From Candidatus Omnitrophota bacterium (GTDB lineage: Bacteria; Omnitrophota; Gorgyraeia; Duberdicusellales; 4484-171): a stretch of 64,000 bases of DNA. The notes under the pieces are model-generated. The model worked only from the letters and a program-made list of their open reading frames with translations, made no database searches and was not told the DNA's origin. Every line of letters begins with the position of its first letter. Position 1 is the first letter of the stretch. Positions 20,539 through 30,485 of the stretch are shown here, in pieces. The DNA is taken from contig JBDRAN010000028.1 in assembly GCA_043823745.1 (NCBI GenBank), positions 3,116-67,115 on the forward strand. The letters run 5' to 3'. Made by a program: the position numbers and the translations under genes.

Positions 20539-21387
20539 TTAGGACGCTTTTGCGAATCGTCTGATGTGGTCGATAACTTCTTTGGTGGTAGCTTGGGGGG
20601 TGGAGGAGCCGGAGGTGATGCCGACGCTTGCGGCATGTGTAAACCACGCTTTGCGCAACTGGAGTTTTGAATTTACCCAGTAACTACGTTTATTTAAAGA
20701 TTTTGAGATCTCATGAAGGCGTCGGGTATTAGCGCTGGTTTTTGAGCCGATGATGATCATCACGTCGTTAGCCAGCGGCATGATTCGTATTTCTTCCTGC
20801 TTTAAACGTGTTGGGCGGCATATGGTGTTAATAAATTGCAGGTTTGGCATAAAGCGCTTGAGTGTTTCAATGAGCGCTAGTGTTTCTTTAAGGTTTTGTG
20901 TTGATTGTACTATCGCGCACGCTTTTTTTAAATTTTTAAGCGCGGCTACCGGTATGCGATCCGGGCCATCGAGGACAATAGCTTTACCTTTAAGTTGGCC
21001 GATGATCCCCCTAACTTCATCATGATTTTTGTCCCCGACGACAATGATATCATGACCCTTTTTTTCCATCGTTGCGGCTATGGTGTGTATTTCTTTAACC
21101 ATCGGGCAGGTCGCGTCGATAACGTCATAGTCCAACGTTTGCATGGTGGTGAGAGTTTTTTTGTCAATACCATGGGCGCGGATAAGGAGGGTTTTTCCTG
21201 TACCGACCCTGAGTTTTTTTACTTTTTTTATGCCGGCGTTACGGATTTGCGCGACCACATCTTCATTGTGGACGATATCACCGAGCATATAGATATTTTT
21301 TTTCTGACCGGCAGCTTTTAACGCGATATCAATCGCGCGCTGTACCCCGAAACAAAACCCGCTTGATTTGGCGATGTTTATTTTCAT
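20539..21387 (-). CDS. ispH: 4-hydroxy-3-methylbut-2-enyl diphosphate reductase.
   Basis: It has the SSGFCFGVQRAI N-terminus, DATCPMV and the conserved Cys triad for the 4Fe-4S cluster. Confidence 0.85.
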   Translation of the reverse strand: MKINIAKSSGFCFGVQRAIDIALKAAGQKKNIYMLGDIVHNEDVVAQIRNAGIKKVKKLRVGTGKTLLIRAHGIDKKTLTTMQTLDYDVIDATCPMVKEIHTIAATMEKKGHDIIVVGDKNHDEVRGIIGQLKGKAIVLDGPDRIPVAALKNLKKACAIVQSTQNLKETLALIETLKRFMPNLQFINTICRPTRLKQEEIRIMPLANDVMIIIGSKTSANTRRLHEISKSLNKRSYWVNSKLQLRKAWFTHAASVGITSGSSTPQATTKEVIDHIRRFAKAS

Positions 21388-21403
21388 AGTATAGTAGTTA
21401 ACG

Positions 21404-21600
21404 CTAATTAACGCTAATTGGAAACGCTAATTTACGCGAATCAAACGCGAATTCTCGCGAATAAATTGTCCTACGTCCAAGTGAGCCTGGCGCTCCTGCG
21501 CCGTGCGAACGAACGTCCCACGTCCTACGTCCCACATTCCCACACGTCCCAGCGTACGCTGACGTTCCACGCTTACATTTTATACTGGATATCCTAACAT
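21404..21600. repeat. Short direct-repeat region (AACGCTAATT x3, CGCGAAT x3, GTCCCACGTCC x2) in the divergent ispH/DUF134 promoter region. It is related to the repeats at 17690-17760.
   Basis: The repeats are visible in the sequence. Confidence 0.35.
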
Positions 21601-21694
21601 ACAAACCCGCCAAGCGCAAATGGGGCATGCGATGGGCTTGACAACGCCAGGGTGTCTGGTATTATGAACGCATGTTCATAACCAAGGAGCGTGC

Positions 21695-22006
21695 ATGAGG
21701 CCTAAAAAAACGCGTTGGATCAAATGCGTGCCGCAGGTTCGTTGTTTTAAGCCCCTGTGTAAGTCGTTGCGCCGCGCCGGCAAGGTATACGTAAGCCTTG
21801 ATGAGTTTGAAGCTTTGCGGCTTGCAGACTTAGAGGGCTTGGATCAGGTCAATGCGGCGGCCGCGATGCATGTTTCCCGACCGACTTTTTCCCGTATCGT
21901 TAGCGCGGCGCGTAAAAAAGTCGCCGATGGTTTAGTTAATATCAAAGTTATATGTATCGAGGGAGGCTGTTGCAAGATTAAGCGTAAGAGAAAAGACATA
22001 CGATGA
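21695..22006 (+). CDS. DUF134 (UPF0251) predicted DNA-binding protein.
   Basis: It contains the DUF134 signature LDEFEALRLADLEGLDQVNAAAAMHVSRPTFSRI and a Cys-rich C-terminus. Confidence 0.6.
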   Translation: MRPKKTRWIKCVPQVRCFKPLCKSLRRAGKVYVSLDEFEALRLADLEGLDQVNAAAAMHVSRPTFSRIVSAARKKVADGLVNIKVICIEGGCCKIKRKRKDIR

Positions 22007-22111
22007 AGGAGAGAAGGTTTTTTTGAATATTCGGGGAGTATTCTTAGCAGGTATCTATATAAAAAAAGGCAGGACTTAGGCCGCGATTACCTTAATTACA
22101 GGGGGGGGAAA

Positions 22112-22549
22112 TTGAAGAAACTATTTTTCGCTTTTCTGGTGTCTGTCGCACTAAGTAGCGGCGGCATACTATTTTCACCGTTAGCGCACGCAGCAGATGT
22201 TGCAGAAGGTACTCACGTGGTTGCGTATTATTTTCACGGGATATTTCGTTGTCCGACATGCCACAAGCTTGAGCAGTATTCAAAGGAAGCCATAGAATCT
22301 AACTTCAAAGATGCGCTTTCTTCCGGCACGTTGGAGTTTAAAGTCGTAAACATAGAAGATAAAGGCAATGAACACTACGGAAACGATTACCAGCTTTATA
22401 CTAAATCGCTCATTCTGTCATTATTTAAAGACGGTAGGGAAGTAAAGTGGAAAAACCTTAATAAGATTTGGGAATACGTCGGTAACAAACAAAGATTTAT
22501 TGATTATGTTAAGGGCGGAGTAACCGATTTCCTGAAGGAAGCTAAATGA
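22112..22549 (+). CDS. Secreted thioredoxin-like protein with a CxxC motif.
   Basis: It has a signal peptide and FRCPTCHKLE. The start is TTG. Confidence 0.5.
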   Translation: MKKLFFAFLVSVALSSGGILFSPLAHAADVAEGTHVVAYYFHGIFRCPTCHKLEQYSKEAIESNFKDALSSGTLEFKVVNIEDKGNEHYGNDYQLYTKSLILSLFKDGREVKWKNLNKIWEYVGNKQRFIDYVKGGVTDFLKEAK

Positions 22550-23235
22550 CAGAGATATTAATAGGTTTTGTATCAGCGTTATGGCTAGGAATTCTGACAT
22601 CCATTAGTCCGTGTCCTTTGGCCAGCAATGTGGCTGCAATTTCATTTCTCTCTAAGAAAATAACTCATCCGGCGCTTGTGTTTATTTCCGGTCTTGCCTA
22701 CACGCTCGGTAGAATGCTCTCGTATGCAGTTTTAGGATGGATTATTATCAATTCTTTTTTAAGTGTTCCCCTCATTGCCCAGTTTTTGCAGAAGTATATG
22801 GGGAAAGTCCTGGGGCCGCTTTTAATTCTTACCGGTTTCATTCTATTTGGGTTAATTACTATCCGTTTGCCGAAAGTGTCACTATCGCAGGGGCATCAGA
22901 ATAAACTTGCGGAGTCCGGCGCTTTGGGTGCCTTTTTACTCGGCTTTATTTTTGCTCTGGCTTTTTGTCCTATTTCTGCCGCGTTATACTTCGGGAGCAT
23001 TATCCCCTTAGCGATTAACTGTAAAGGCGGCATTGTTCTGCCGTTTATTTATGGGATAGGCACCGGGTTACCGGTTCTTGTATTTGCTGTTGCCATTGCC
23101 TTGGGGGTGACATCCTTGAGCCATTGGTTTAAAAAAATTGCACGGCTTGAATACTACACTCGTAAAATTACCGGAGCCATATTTATTATTGTGGGTTTGT
23201 ATTATATAGGAATGTATATAGTACGGTTATTTTAA
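22546..23235 (+). CDS. CcdA/DsbD-family transmembrane thiol-disulfide electron transporter.
   Basis: It has six TM helices, with Cys in TM1 (SISPCPLAS) and in TM4 (LAFCPISAA). Confidence 0.65.
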   Translation: MTEILIGFVSALWLGILTSISPCPLASNVAAISFLSKKITHPALVFISGLAYTLGRMLSYAVLGWIIINSFLSVPLIAQFLQKYMGKVLGPLLILTGFILFGLITIRLPKVSLSQGHQNKLAESGALGAFLLGFIFALAFCPISAALYFGSIIPLAINCKGGIVLPFIYGIGTGLPVLVFAVAIALGVTSLSHWFKKIARLEYYTRKITGAIFIIVGLYYIGMYIVRLF

Positions 23236-23248
23236 TGAGGAGGCACAC

Positions 23249-24457
23249 GTGGAGAGAGCTATGTATAAAAAAAGAAGCTTAAGTTTCTTTGAGAGATATC
23301 TTACGCTGTGGGTTTTTGTATGTATCGCGTTAGGTGTATTGATCGGTACGATTGCTCCGCCGGCGGCGAAATTTCTTGACGGTCTTTCGATTTATGTAAG
23401 TGGTGCGCCGGTTGTTTCTATCCCTATAGCTATTTGTCTTTTTTTTATGATGTATCCCATAATGGTAAAGATTGATTTTGCAGAAGTTATAAAAGCAGGA
23501 AAATCCCCCAAACCGGTATGGTTGACGCTTTTTGTAAATTGGGCAATAAAACCTTTTACCATGTACGGTATTGCGTTTCTGTTTTTGGGGGTCCTATTTA
23601 AAGGGTTCATCGGAGTAGAGGCGGTTGATTTTGTGAAGCTTCCTCCGGGAGCTGACTGGTTGTTGGGCTCCATACACGGCGCAGGAATGGTTGTTATGCA
23701 CGAAGGTTTAAAAATGCTTCAAGTGCCGCTCTGGCGCAGTTATTTTGCCGGGTGTATTCTGCTCGGTATTGCTCCCTGTACCGCTATGGTTTTGGTATGG
23801 GGGTTTCTTGCCAAAGGTAATGACGGCCACACGCTCATTATGGTTGCGATTAATTCGCTGACCATGCTTTTATTGTATGGAGTTTTGGGCGGATTCCTTT
23901 TAGGCGTTGGAAAAATGCCGGTTCCCTGGCAGGCGTTATTATTATCGATCGTTATCTATGTAGCGTTGCCCCTTGTGGCAGGATACTTTTCGCGCAAGCT
24001 GATAGTATCACGTAAAGGCATAGTGTGGTTTAACGAGAAGTTCCTTCATATATTGTCACCCGTTTCAATTATTGCACTTTTATTTACTCTGGTGTTGCTG
24101 TTTTCTTTTAAGGGAGAAATTATTCTTGTGCAGCCGTTAACGATTTTCTGGATAGCGATCCCGCTTTTTATCCAAACGTGTTTAATCTTCGCAATTACCT
24201 ACTGGACGGCAAAGAAATTAAAGTTACGCTACGAGGACGCGGCTCCATCGGCAATGATCGGCGCAAGCAATCACTTTGAAGTTGCTATTGCCACCGCGAC
24301 TATGCTTTTCGGGATTTCATCAGGAGCGGCGCTGGCTACCGTTGTCGGCGTTCTCATTGAAGTACCGGTTATGTTGATGCTTGTTAAATTCTGCTTACAA
24401 ACACAGAATTGGTTTACCCCGTTAGAAAGAAGGCCCCGCCCCCTGTGGGAGGGGTAA
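23249..24457 (+). CDS. acr3: ACR3-family arsenite efflux transporter.
   Basis: It has the [11 protein letters not shown]-terminus and 10 TM helices, which fits the ArsB/Acr3 family. Confidence 0.8.
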   Translation: MERAMYKKRSLSFFERYLTLWVFVCIALGVLIGTIAPPAAKFLDGLSIYVSGAPVVSIPIAICLFFMMYPIMVKIDFAEVIKAGKSPKPVWLTLFVNWAIKPFTMYGIAFLFLGVLFKGFIGVEAVDFVKLPPGADWLLGSIHGAGMVVMHEGLKMLQVPLWRSYFAGCILLGIAPCTAMVLVWGFLAKGNDGHTLIMVAINSLTMLLLYGVLGGFLLGVGKMPVPWQALLLSIVIYVALPLVAGYFSRKLIVSRKGIVWFNEKFLHILSPVSIIALLFTLVLLFSFKGEIILVQPLTIFWIAIPLFIQTCLIFAITYWTAKKLKLRYEDAAPSAMIGASNHFEVAIATATMLFGISSGAALATVVGVLIEVPVMLMLVKFCLQTQNWFTPLERRPRPLWEG

Positions 24458-24466
24458 GATATTCAG

Positions 24467-24498
24467 AGCTCACACGGGGTTTAAAGCCCGTGTGAGCT
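24467..24498 (+). terminator. A 12-bp stem hairpin, AGCTCACACGGG-gtttaaag-CCCGTGTGAGCT, downstream of acr3.
   Basis: The inverted repeat is perfect, but the U-tract is weak (TTTC). Confidence 0.35.
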
Positions 24499-24558
24499 TT
24501 CTAACGGGGTTTACGCGCGAAAATACTTAAGAAAAGGAATAATTCGAAAGGAGGAGTC

Positions 24559-24714
24559 ATGGGAGAGAAAAAAAGTGAAAAGAGCGCCGGTAAGTGTAAA
24601 GGGTTTCTTGGACGCTTGATTGAAAAAATGGATAAAAAACTTCTCGAGAAAGCGAAAAAAAATTCCTGCTGTTGCGGGGATGACCGGACCGGAAAGGATT
24701 CATGCTGCAAGTAG
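24559..24714 (+). CDS. Small Cys-rich protein of 51 aa, [51 protein letters not shown].
   Basis: I translated it by hand. An AGGAGG RBS sits 4 nt upstream. It is below the ORF-track size cut-off. Its 3' end overlaps the start of the next gene. Confidence 0.4.
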   Translation: MGEKKSEKSAGKCKGFLGRLIEKMDKKLLEKAKKNSCCCGDDRTGKDSCCK

Positions 24715-25661
24715 CGGTTGACCGGCTGACCTATTCATTATTGGGGTTTAACCCGGCATCGCGCCTGGCGCAGGCGTTTAATTTTTTTATCTACGATTCG
24801 GTAAAAATCCTTGCGCTTCTTTTTGTGTTGATCGCAGTTATAGGATTTTTTCGCAGCTTTCTACCCGCGCGTGTTGTGAAAGCATGGCTGGTGCGCGGCA
24901 GGGGTGTTGCAAATTTTCTTGCGTCGGCTTTTGGCGCGGTAACGCCGTTTTGTTCCTGTTCCTCAATTCCTATTTTTCTAAGTTTCCTTGAGGCGGGGGT
25001 ACCCTTGGGTGTTTCCTTTTCGTTTTTGATAACCTCGCCGCTCATTAATGAGTACCTGGTGATTTTGATGGTGAGTTTTTTTGGCCGGAAGATCACCGCC
25101 GCCTATGTCGCAAGCGGTCTTCTCATGGGAACAATACTTGGGATTATTCTTGGAAAAATGAATCTTGAAAAATATCTGGTTGCCGATATCGCTGAATATG
25201 CACACGCCAACATTCGCGAAAGAGATTACCGTGGTTTTAGCGCGCGTGCGATTTTTGGTTTGAATGAAGCTATTTCAATTGTCAAAAAATTGTGGCTTTG
25301 GGTGCTTGCAGGGGTTGCGTTGGGCGCTTTTATTCATAACTATGTCCCTCAAGACGCCATTCAAGCTATTATTGCCAAGACAGGCTTGTTTTCCGTTCCA
25401 ATCGCAACCCTCCTGGGGGTACCGATGTACGCCAGCTGCGCCGCCATTGTTCCGGTCGCCGTAGTGCTCTTTTCCAAGGGTGTGCCTCTGGGCACCGCGC
25501 TTTCCTTTATGATGGCAACTGCCGCTCTTAGCCTTCCTGAAGCGGTCATGTTGCGCCGGGCGATGAAACTTACCCTTATCGCTATCTTTTTCGGGGTTAC
25601 CACGCTGGCGATTATTCTGACCGGTTATCTTTTTAATTTTCTGCAGCATATTTTATCCTAG
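24702..25661 (+). CDS. arsP: DUF318 permease, ArsP-like (organoarsenical efflux).
   Basis: It has 8-10 TM helices and the [10 protein letters not shown] motif characteristic of ArsP. Confidence 0.6.
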   Translation: MLQVAVDRLTYSLLGFNPASRLAQAFNFFIYDSVKILALLFVLIAVIGFFRSFLPARVVKAWLVRGRGVANFLASAFGAVTPFCSCSSIPIFLSFLEAGVPLGVSFSFLITSPLINEYLVILMVSFFGRKITAAYVASGLLMGTILGIILGKMNLEKYLVADIAEYAHANIRERDYRGFSARAIFGLNEAISIVKKLWLWVLAGVALGAFIHNYVPQDAIQAIIAKTGLFSVPIATLLGVPMYASCAAIVPVAVVLFSKGVPLGTALSFMMATAALSLPEAVMLRRAMKLTLIAIFFGVTTLAIILTGYLFNFLQHILS

Positions 25662-25761
25662 ACATTTCTTTATAACGGTATTTACTTATGTGTTCGTTCT
25701 GAGTACAATGCTCTCTTGAGTGCGTTGCGTACGTATACTTTTATAACGAAGTTTATGATGT

Positions 25762-27261
25762 ATGGAATATGATGCAATCGTAATCGGCGCCGGCGTTGGA
25801 GGATTAACGGCAGCGTTAAAGCTTGCAAAAGGAGGCAAGCGCGTTCTTGTGTTTGAGCGCCAAGCCGGCCCCGGCGGGGTCGCTACAAGTTTTAAAAGAA
25901 AAGGGTTTACCTTTGAGTCGGTTTTACACTACGTTGACTCGTTATCGGTAGGCCAGGAGGTAAGAACATTTCTTGATGAGCATGGTGTCAGTCCCGCCCT
26001 TACGTTTATCGATATTAAAGAATTCGGCCGTGTGGTGTATCCTGAACATGATTTTGTGATACGCTATGGTTTTGACGATTTAAAAAAATGGCTCATCGAA
26101 ACGTTTCCTCAAGAAAAAGATGGTCTTGAAGTCTTTTTTCACCAGATTAATAGATTTTACCGGCAATTAGATCATTTCAGTAACGCAAAGCTTCCTTTAT
26201 GGTTTAAGTTGGCTGTCTCTTTGGTTCTATATCCACAAATCGTAAAAACTTCATGCATGACGCTTGAGCAATACATGACGAAAAAAATCAAAGATAAAAA
26301 AGCGCGCGCCATTCTAGGCTCGATTTGGGGTTTTGTCGGCCTGCCGCCTCAGGAACTCTCATCGTTTTATTATTTAATTATTTTGCGGGGCTGCTGGTTT
26401 GAAAGCACCATGTTTGTCAAGGGCGGATACAGCAGGTTATTTAGCGCGATGGTAGAGCGGATACGCGAGTGTGGTTCGCAGGTCATATATAGCAGGACCG
26501 TTACCAAGATTATAACCGATTGCGGCAGGCGCGTTATCGGTGTTGTCACCGATAAGGGAGAAGAGGTTAAAGCACGCGTAATCATTTCAAACGCTAATAG
26601 TATCGATACCTTGACGAAACTTATTGATGATGACACAAGAAAAGCTGATTATGCGAAAAAATTGAAGCAAATGGAAAAATCCCTGTCAGCGGTCACGGTC
26701 TATCTAGGCTTGAGCGTGCCCGCAAAAGAAATCGGTATGCAGCAACCTTTGTTATCTATTCATCCGAGTTATGACCATACCGCAGGCTACCAGCATAGTC
26801 GTGCGGGCGATGCCGAAGAGCTTCCCATGGCGGTTGTTGATCATTCCCAGTTCGATCCTGATTTAGCGCCTGCCGGAAAATCAACGTTATGCGCAATGGT
26901 GTTTGCTGAATATAAGCAATGGGAAGGCCTTTCTCAAGAGGCGTACGACCGTAAAAAAAGCGAAGCTGCCAGACGTATCGTTAGGCAGCTTGAGCGCTAT
27001 TTGCCCGGCTTGAGTAATCATATAGAATGTATAGAGGTAGCAACACCTAAGACTATGGAGCGCTATCCGATGCTACCTGAGGGGGCGATATACGGATTTG
27101 CGGAAACGGTTCCGCAGTCAAGCATAAATCGTTTACCTCAAACCACCAAGATAAAAGGATTATTCCTCACGGGGGCCTGGACTACGCCGGGTTGTGGAGT
27201 ACATGGCTGTTTTGTGTCCGGATTCGATGCGGCGGATTTAGCTGAGCGTGATTTACGATAA
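25762..27261 (+). CDS. FAD-dependent oxidoreductase of the phytoene desaturase / amine oxidase family.
   Basis: The N-terminus reads YDAIVIGAGVGGLTAALKLAKGGKRVLVFE, and the protein is 499 aa. Confidence 0.7.
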   Translation: MEYDAIVIGAGVGGLTAALKLAKGGKRVLVFERQAGPGGVATSFKRKGFTFESVLHYVDSLSVGQEVRTFLDEHGVSPALTFIDIKEFGRVVYPEHDFVIRYGFDDLKKWLIETFPQEKDGLEVFFHQINRFYRQLDHFSNAKLPLWFKLAVSLVLYPQIVKTSCMTLEQYMTKKIKDKKARAILGSIWGFVGLPPQELSSFYYLIILRGCWFESTMFVKGGYSRLFSAMVERIRECGSQVIYSRTVTKIITDCGRRVIGVVTDKGEEVKARVIISNANSIDTLTKLIDDDTRKADYAKKLKQMEKSLSAVTVYLGLSVPAKEIGMQQPLLSIHPSYDHTAGYQHSRAGDAEELPMAVVDHSQFDPDLAPAGKSTLCAMVFAEYKQWEGLSQEAYDRKKSEAARRIVRQLERYLPGLSNHIECIEVATPKTMERYPMLPEGAIYGFAETVPQSSINRLPQTTKIKGLFLTGAWTTPGCGVHGCFVSGFDAADLAERDLR

Positions 27262-27356
27262 AACGATAGCGGGCAGGCGTGACGCTCTATTGTGCACCCG
27301 TTGTTTTTTTACATGATTTCTTTCATACATACTTTTTATCTATTCCAAGGAGGCCT

Positions 27357-28136
27357 ATGTCATTTACTCAATGGTTGATCGTTAATGTTCCGTCAGCGCT
27401 TCTTGGCGCGCTTGTGGTCGTGGTGTCGGTCGGGATATCAGCGGTAAGTTTATTTCTGGTACGCCGCTTCATTCCGCATAAAAAATTCAAGGTTCATAAT
27501 GATGTTGCCGGCGCGATGTTTGGTACAGTGGGCGTCGCCTACGCGGTGTTACTTGCGTTTGTGGCAGTCATTGTTTGGGGTGATTTTAATAAGGCAAGTG
27601 AAAACGTGGAGCGCGAGGCAAATTGCGTTGCCAGTCTTTACGCGTATACTGAAGCGTTTGCTCCTTCGTCGGCTGTGCCGATACGCGCGGCGTTAAAAAA
27701 ATATGCCCGACTGGTTACACATGAGGAGTGGCCGATGCTTGCAATAGCGCAAGAGAGCAATCGTGTGGCAGAATGCGTTCAGGAGATCGGAACGCTCTAT
27801 GCCGGCTATCTTCCGGCCGGGACGACCGATACTGTTTATTTCTCTCTTTCAGTTGAAAAATTTAACGAGCTTTGTCAATTGCGGCGCGAACGCCTGTATG
27901 CCGCGGGAAATGGTGTTCATCCGGTATTCTGGGTTGTGCTTATTGCCGGCGCCCTGGTGACCATCACCTTTACTGTTTTTTTCGGCTCGGAAAATACCGG
28001 CGCGCATCATATGATGGCATTGCTTCTCGCGACCCTTATCGGCCTTATCCTTTTTACGGTTCTGGTGTTTGATTATCCTTTTAGCGGCAGCGTGAGTATA
28101 CCTGCCCGGGCGTTTAACCGGATCCTCTCATATTAG
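27357..28136 (+). CDS. Hypothetical membrane protein (DUF4239-like: 2 TM, a soluble region, then 2 TM).
   Basis: The most plausible start is MSFTQWLIV, which has an AGGAGG RBS ahead of it. Confidence 0.45.
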   Translation: MSFTQWLIVNVPSALLGALVVVVSVGISAVSLFLVRRFIPHKKFKVHNDVAGAMFGTVGVAYAVLLAFVAVIVWGDFNKASENVEREANCVASLYAYTEAFAPSSAVPIRAALKKYARLVTHEEWPMLAIAQESNRVAECVQEIGTLYAGYLPAGTTDTVYFSLSVEKFNELCQLRRERLYAAGNGVHPVFWVVLIAGALVTITFTVFFGSENTGAHHMMALLLATLIGLILFTVLVFDYPFSGSVSIPARAFNRILSY

Positions 28137-28298
28137 TGCGCCTGCCGCCAACGAGTCAACTAAGAAATATTCTTTTGATGATGGAGGAGGCGCGTAGGTC
28201 GTCATCACTTAGCAGCGGGATAATATCTTGTCAGCGTTAAAGAAAAGCGTATAATAACGAATAGATTTATAGTGATACTAGCGGCCATATAAACACAT

Positions 28299-28844
28299 AT
28301 GTTTTCCGGGTTTGCCATTACCGCACGAGTTATTTCGTTCCTTGAGGGGGGAATTTCCCGGCGTTCGATCGCCTGGGGGGTTTGTCTTGCCATGTTCTTG
28401 GGTTTTGTTCCCCTGGCCGGGCCCATGACTATCCTGCTTACTATTGTATTCTTTATTTTTAAGTTTAACCGGATATCAACCATTATAACCTTGCCGCTTT
28501 TTAAAGTTTTGTATCTTAGCGGTATATATCGGGTGACCGAGGCCCTCGGCAGTTACCTGCTTATTAAAGCAGGCGTGCTGACCAATTTTTGGGAATGGTT
28601 CCTGGGCCTTCCGGTTATCGCACTTCTTGATATCAATAATACCTTGGTTGCCGGAGGGTTCGCGTTCTCTTTTTTGTTATGCGCGCCGGTGTATTGGCTG
28701 TCAAAAAGAGCTGCCGGATACCTGCAGGCCCGGTACGCCAAAAAAATTGCCGGTTCGCGTTTCGGTAAATGGGTTAATCGCTGTAAACTTCCGCTTCAGG
28801 TTATCGGTCGGGCCCAGCAGGTCAAAAATATCGCAGACAAATGA
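28299..28844 (+). CDS. DUF2062 membrane protein (TIGR03546-like).
   Basis: It has the block GGISRRSIAWGVCLAMFLGFVPLAGPMTILL. Confidence 0.55.
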   Translation: MFSGFAITARVISFLEGGISRRSIAWGVCLAMFLGFVPLAGPMTILLTIVFFIFKFNRISTIITLPLFKVLYLSGIYRVTEALGSYLLIKAGVLTNFWEWFLGLPVIALLDINNTLVAGGFAFSFLLCAPVYWLSKRAAGYLQARYAKKIAGSRFGKWVNRCKLPLQVIGRAQQVKNIADK

Positions 28845-30175
28845 AATATCTTAATACGAGAAATGCTATCATTGTTTTGATCATCGCTCTGTGCCTGCAT
28901 CTAGGCGTAGGATTTTTAGCCAGTCCCCTCGTAAGCCGTGTTGCGCTCAGCGCTCTCAACCAGCATACCAAGGCCAAGATAACGCTTGAAGGTTTTAACG
29001 TCTGGCCGCTTACCTTGTCTTTTTCAATGCGAGGTTTAAGTGTCTTTGACCCGCAGGATGTTTCAAAGCGCATCGTGCGTGTCAATAATGCTTCAGCGCG
29101 TCTTAGCTTTTTAGGTCTTCTTTCGCGTCGCGTGGCTATTGCCGGCGCCAACGTTGATGGCGTTGATGTAAATGTAGAAGGAGCTCCTGACGGAAGTTTC
29201 AATATTGAGAAGGTCATGAAACCGGCGAGTCCTTCTGAACCGTCCGGTCCCGTATCGGTGCCGCAAGGTCTCGATACATACAAGGATTGGTTCGGTAAAG
29301 CGCGAAGAGCGCTTGCGAAACGTTTTTCACAACAAACAACCGCACAAGAGGCGGCTCGGAAAAAAGAAGGCACCGCGGTCAAGCGCGAAGTGAGTCCGTT
29401 CCCTCGGGGTAAGCGCGTGTATTTTAAGAAATATCGTGATAGTTATATCTTTGAGGTCGGACGCCTGAATATAAAAAATGCCGTTGTCCACATTAAAACA
29501 AGTGACGGTGTCGCACTGGACGTCACCGGCATGACTTTACGTCTTTCCGGATTGGGTATTGACCCTGCCGATGGCATGCGGCTTACCCAAGCTGTACTGG
29601 AAGGCGCTGTTTCCCGGGAAAGCAAGCCCGTTGGAAACGTACGCGCGCATTTTGTAAAAAAAGCCGGCAAGGATATCAAGGAAACGTATGAGATCGCCAC
29701 GCGCGATCTTGACCTTTCGGCGATACGTTTTATCTATCAGGAATCGTTGCCGGTTAATCTGGTCAAGGGGTTCTTGACGCTTGATTCAAAAACTACCTTT
29801 GTGAACGAAAATATCAATTCACACAATAGTATCGTTCTGCGGGACCATGAGCTCGGCCCCAAAGCAGGGGTTGACGTGGGCGGATTCCTGCCCCCGGACG
29901 TTGTTTTTAAAGCCTTAAACGATGTAAATCCGCTTAATCTCGATTTTGTTATTACCGGCACGATTGATAAGCCTGAATTCAAGGGTTTTCAGCAGTCATT
30001 GATGCAGATTGTTGCGCCCTCGGCAAAAGCTATCGGTGAGGAGTTTAAGAAAAAAGGTTTAAGCATGGTCAATGATCTTCTTAAGAAAAATAGTGGTTCT
30101 TCCGGGTCTTCGAGCAATGATACGTCTTCGGACACCATCGATTCTTTCAAAAGTCTTTTCAAGAAGAAGAAATAA
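28841..30175 (+). CDS. AsmA-like/DUF748-family protein (TIGR03545-like) with an N-terminal membrane anchor.
   Basis: It is 444 aa, with an N-terminal TM helix and a C-terminal Ser-rich tail. Its ATGA overlap with the DUF2062 gene is the pairing usually seen for these two families. Confidence 0.5.
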   Translation: MKYLNTRNAIIVLIIALCLHLGVGFLASPLVSRVALSALNQHTKAKITLEGFNVWPLTLSFSMRGLSVFDPQDVSKRIVRVNNASARLSFLGLLSRRVAIAGANVDGVDVNVEGAPDGSFNIEKVMKPASPSEPSGPVSVPQGLDTYKDWFGKARRALAKRFSQQTTAQEAARKKEGTAVKREVSPFPRGKRVYFKKYRDSYIFEVGRLNIKNAVVHIKTSDGVALDVTGMTLRLSGLGIDPADGMRLTQAVLEGAVSRESKPVGNVRAHFVKKAGKDIKETYEIATRDLDLSAIRFIYQESLPVNLVKGFLTLDSKTTFVNENINSHNSIVLRDHELGPKAGVDVGGFLPPDVVFKALNDVNPLNLDFVITGTIDKPEFKGFQQSLMQIVAPSAKAIGEEFKKKGLSMVNDLLKKNSGSSGSSSNDTSSDTIDSFKSLFKKKK

Positions 30176-30185
30176 CACGTATATT

Positions 30186-30313
30186 TAGCGTGGAGCGTAG
30201 AGCGTTTGCTACAATTTAGCGTAGAGCGTGGAGCGTTTAGCGTAGAGCAAAAAATACTTAAAGTTCTACGTTCCCTCTTCCTATACGCTCTCCGCTATCC
30301 GCTCTACGCTTAT
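30186..30313. repeat. Palindromic repeat family B, copy B1 (TAGCGTAGAGCG / CGCTCTACGCT arms).
   Basis: The left arm is TTTAGCGTGGAGCGTAGAGCG...TTTAGCGTAGAGCGTGGAGCGTTTAGCGTAGAGC and the right arm is CGCTCTCCGCTATCCGCTCTACGCT. Confidence 0.6.
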
Positions 30314-30485
30314 TCCCCTCGGGGCGGTGTGGTAAAAAGTCAGAAGAAAGTAGAAAACAGCCATTGGCGGGAAAGACCCCGAAGAGTACACTGACGAGTG
30401 TAAGGGTGTGCGTGAAGATGTATGGTGGGCTCGCCGGCTCGAACGTTTTATTGTTCGCCCTCTCCTTTGGCGGCGATGAGGGAAG

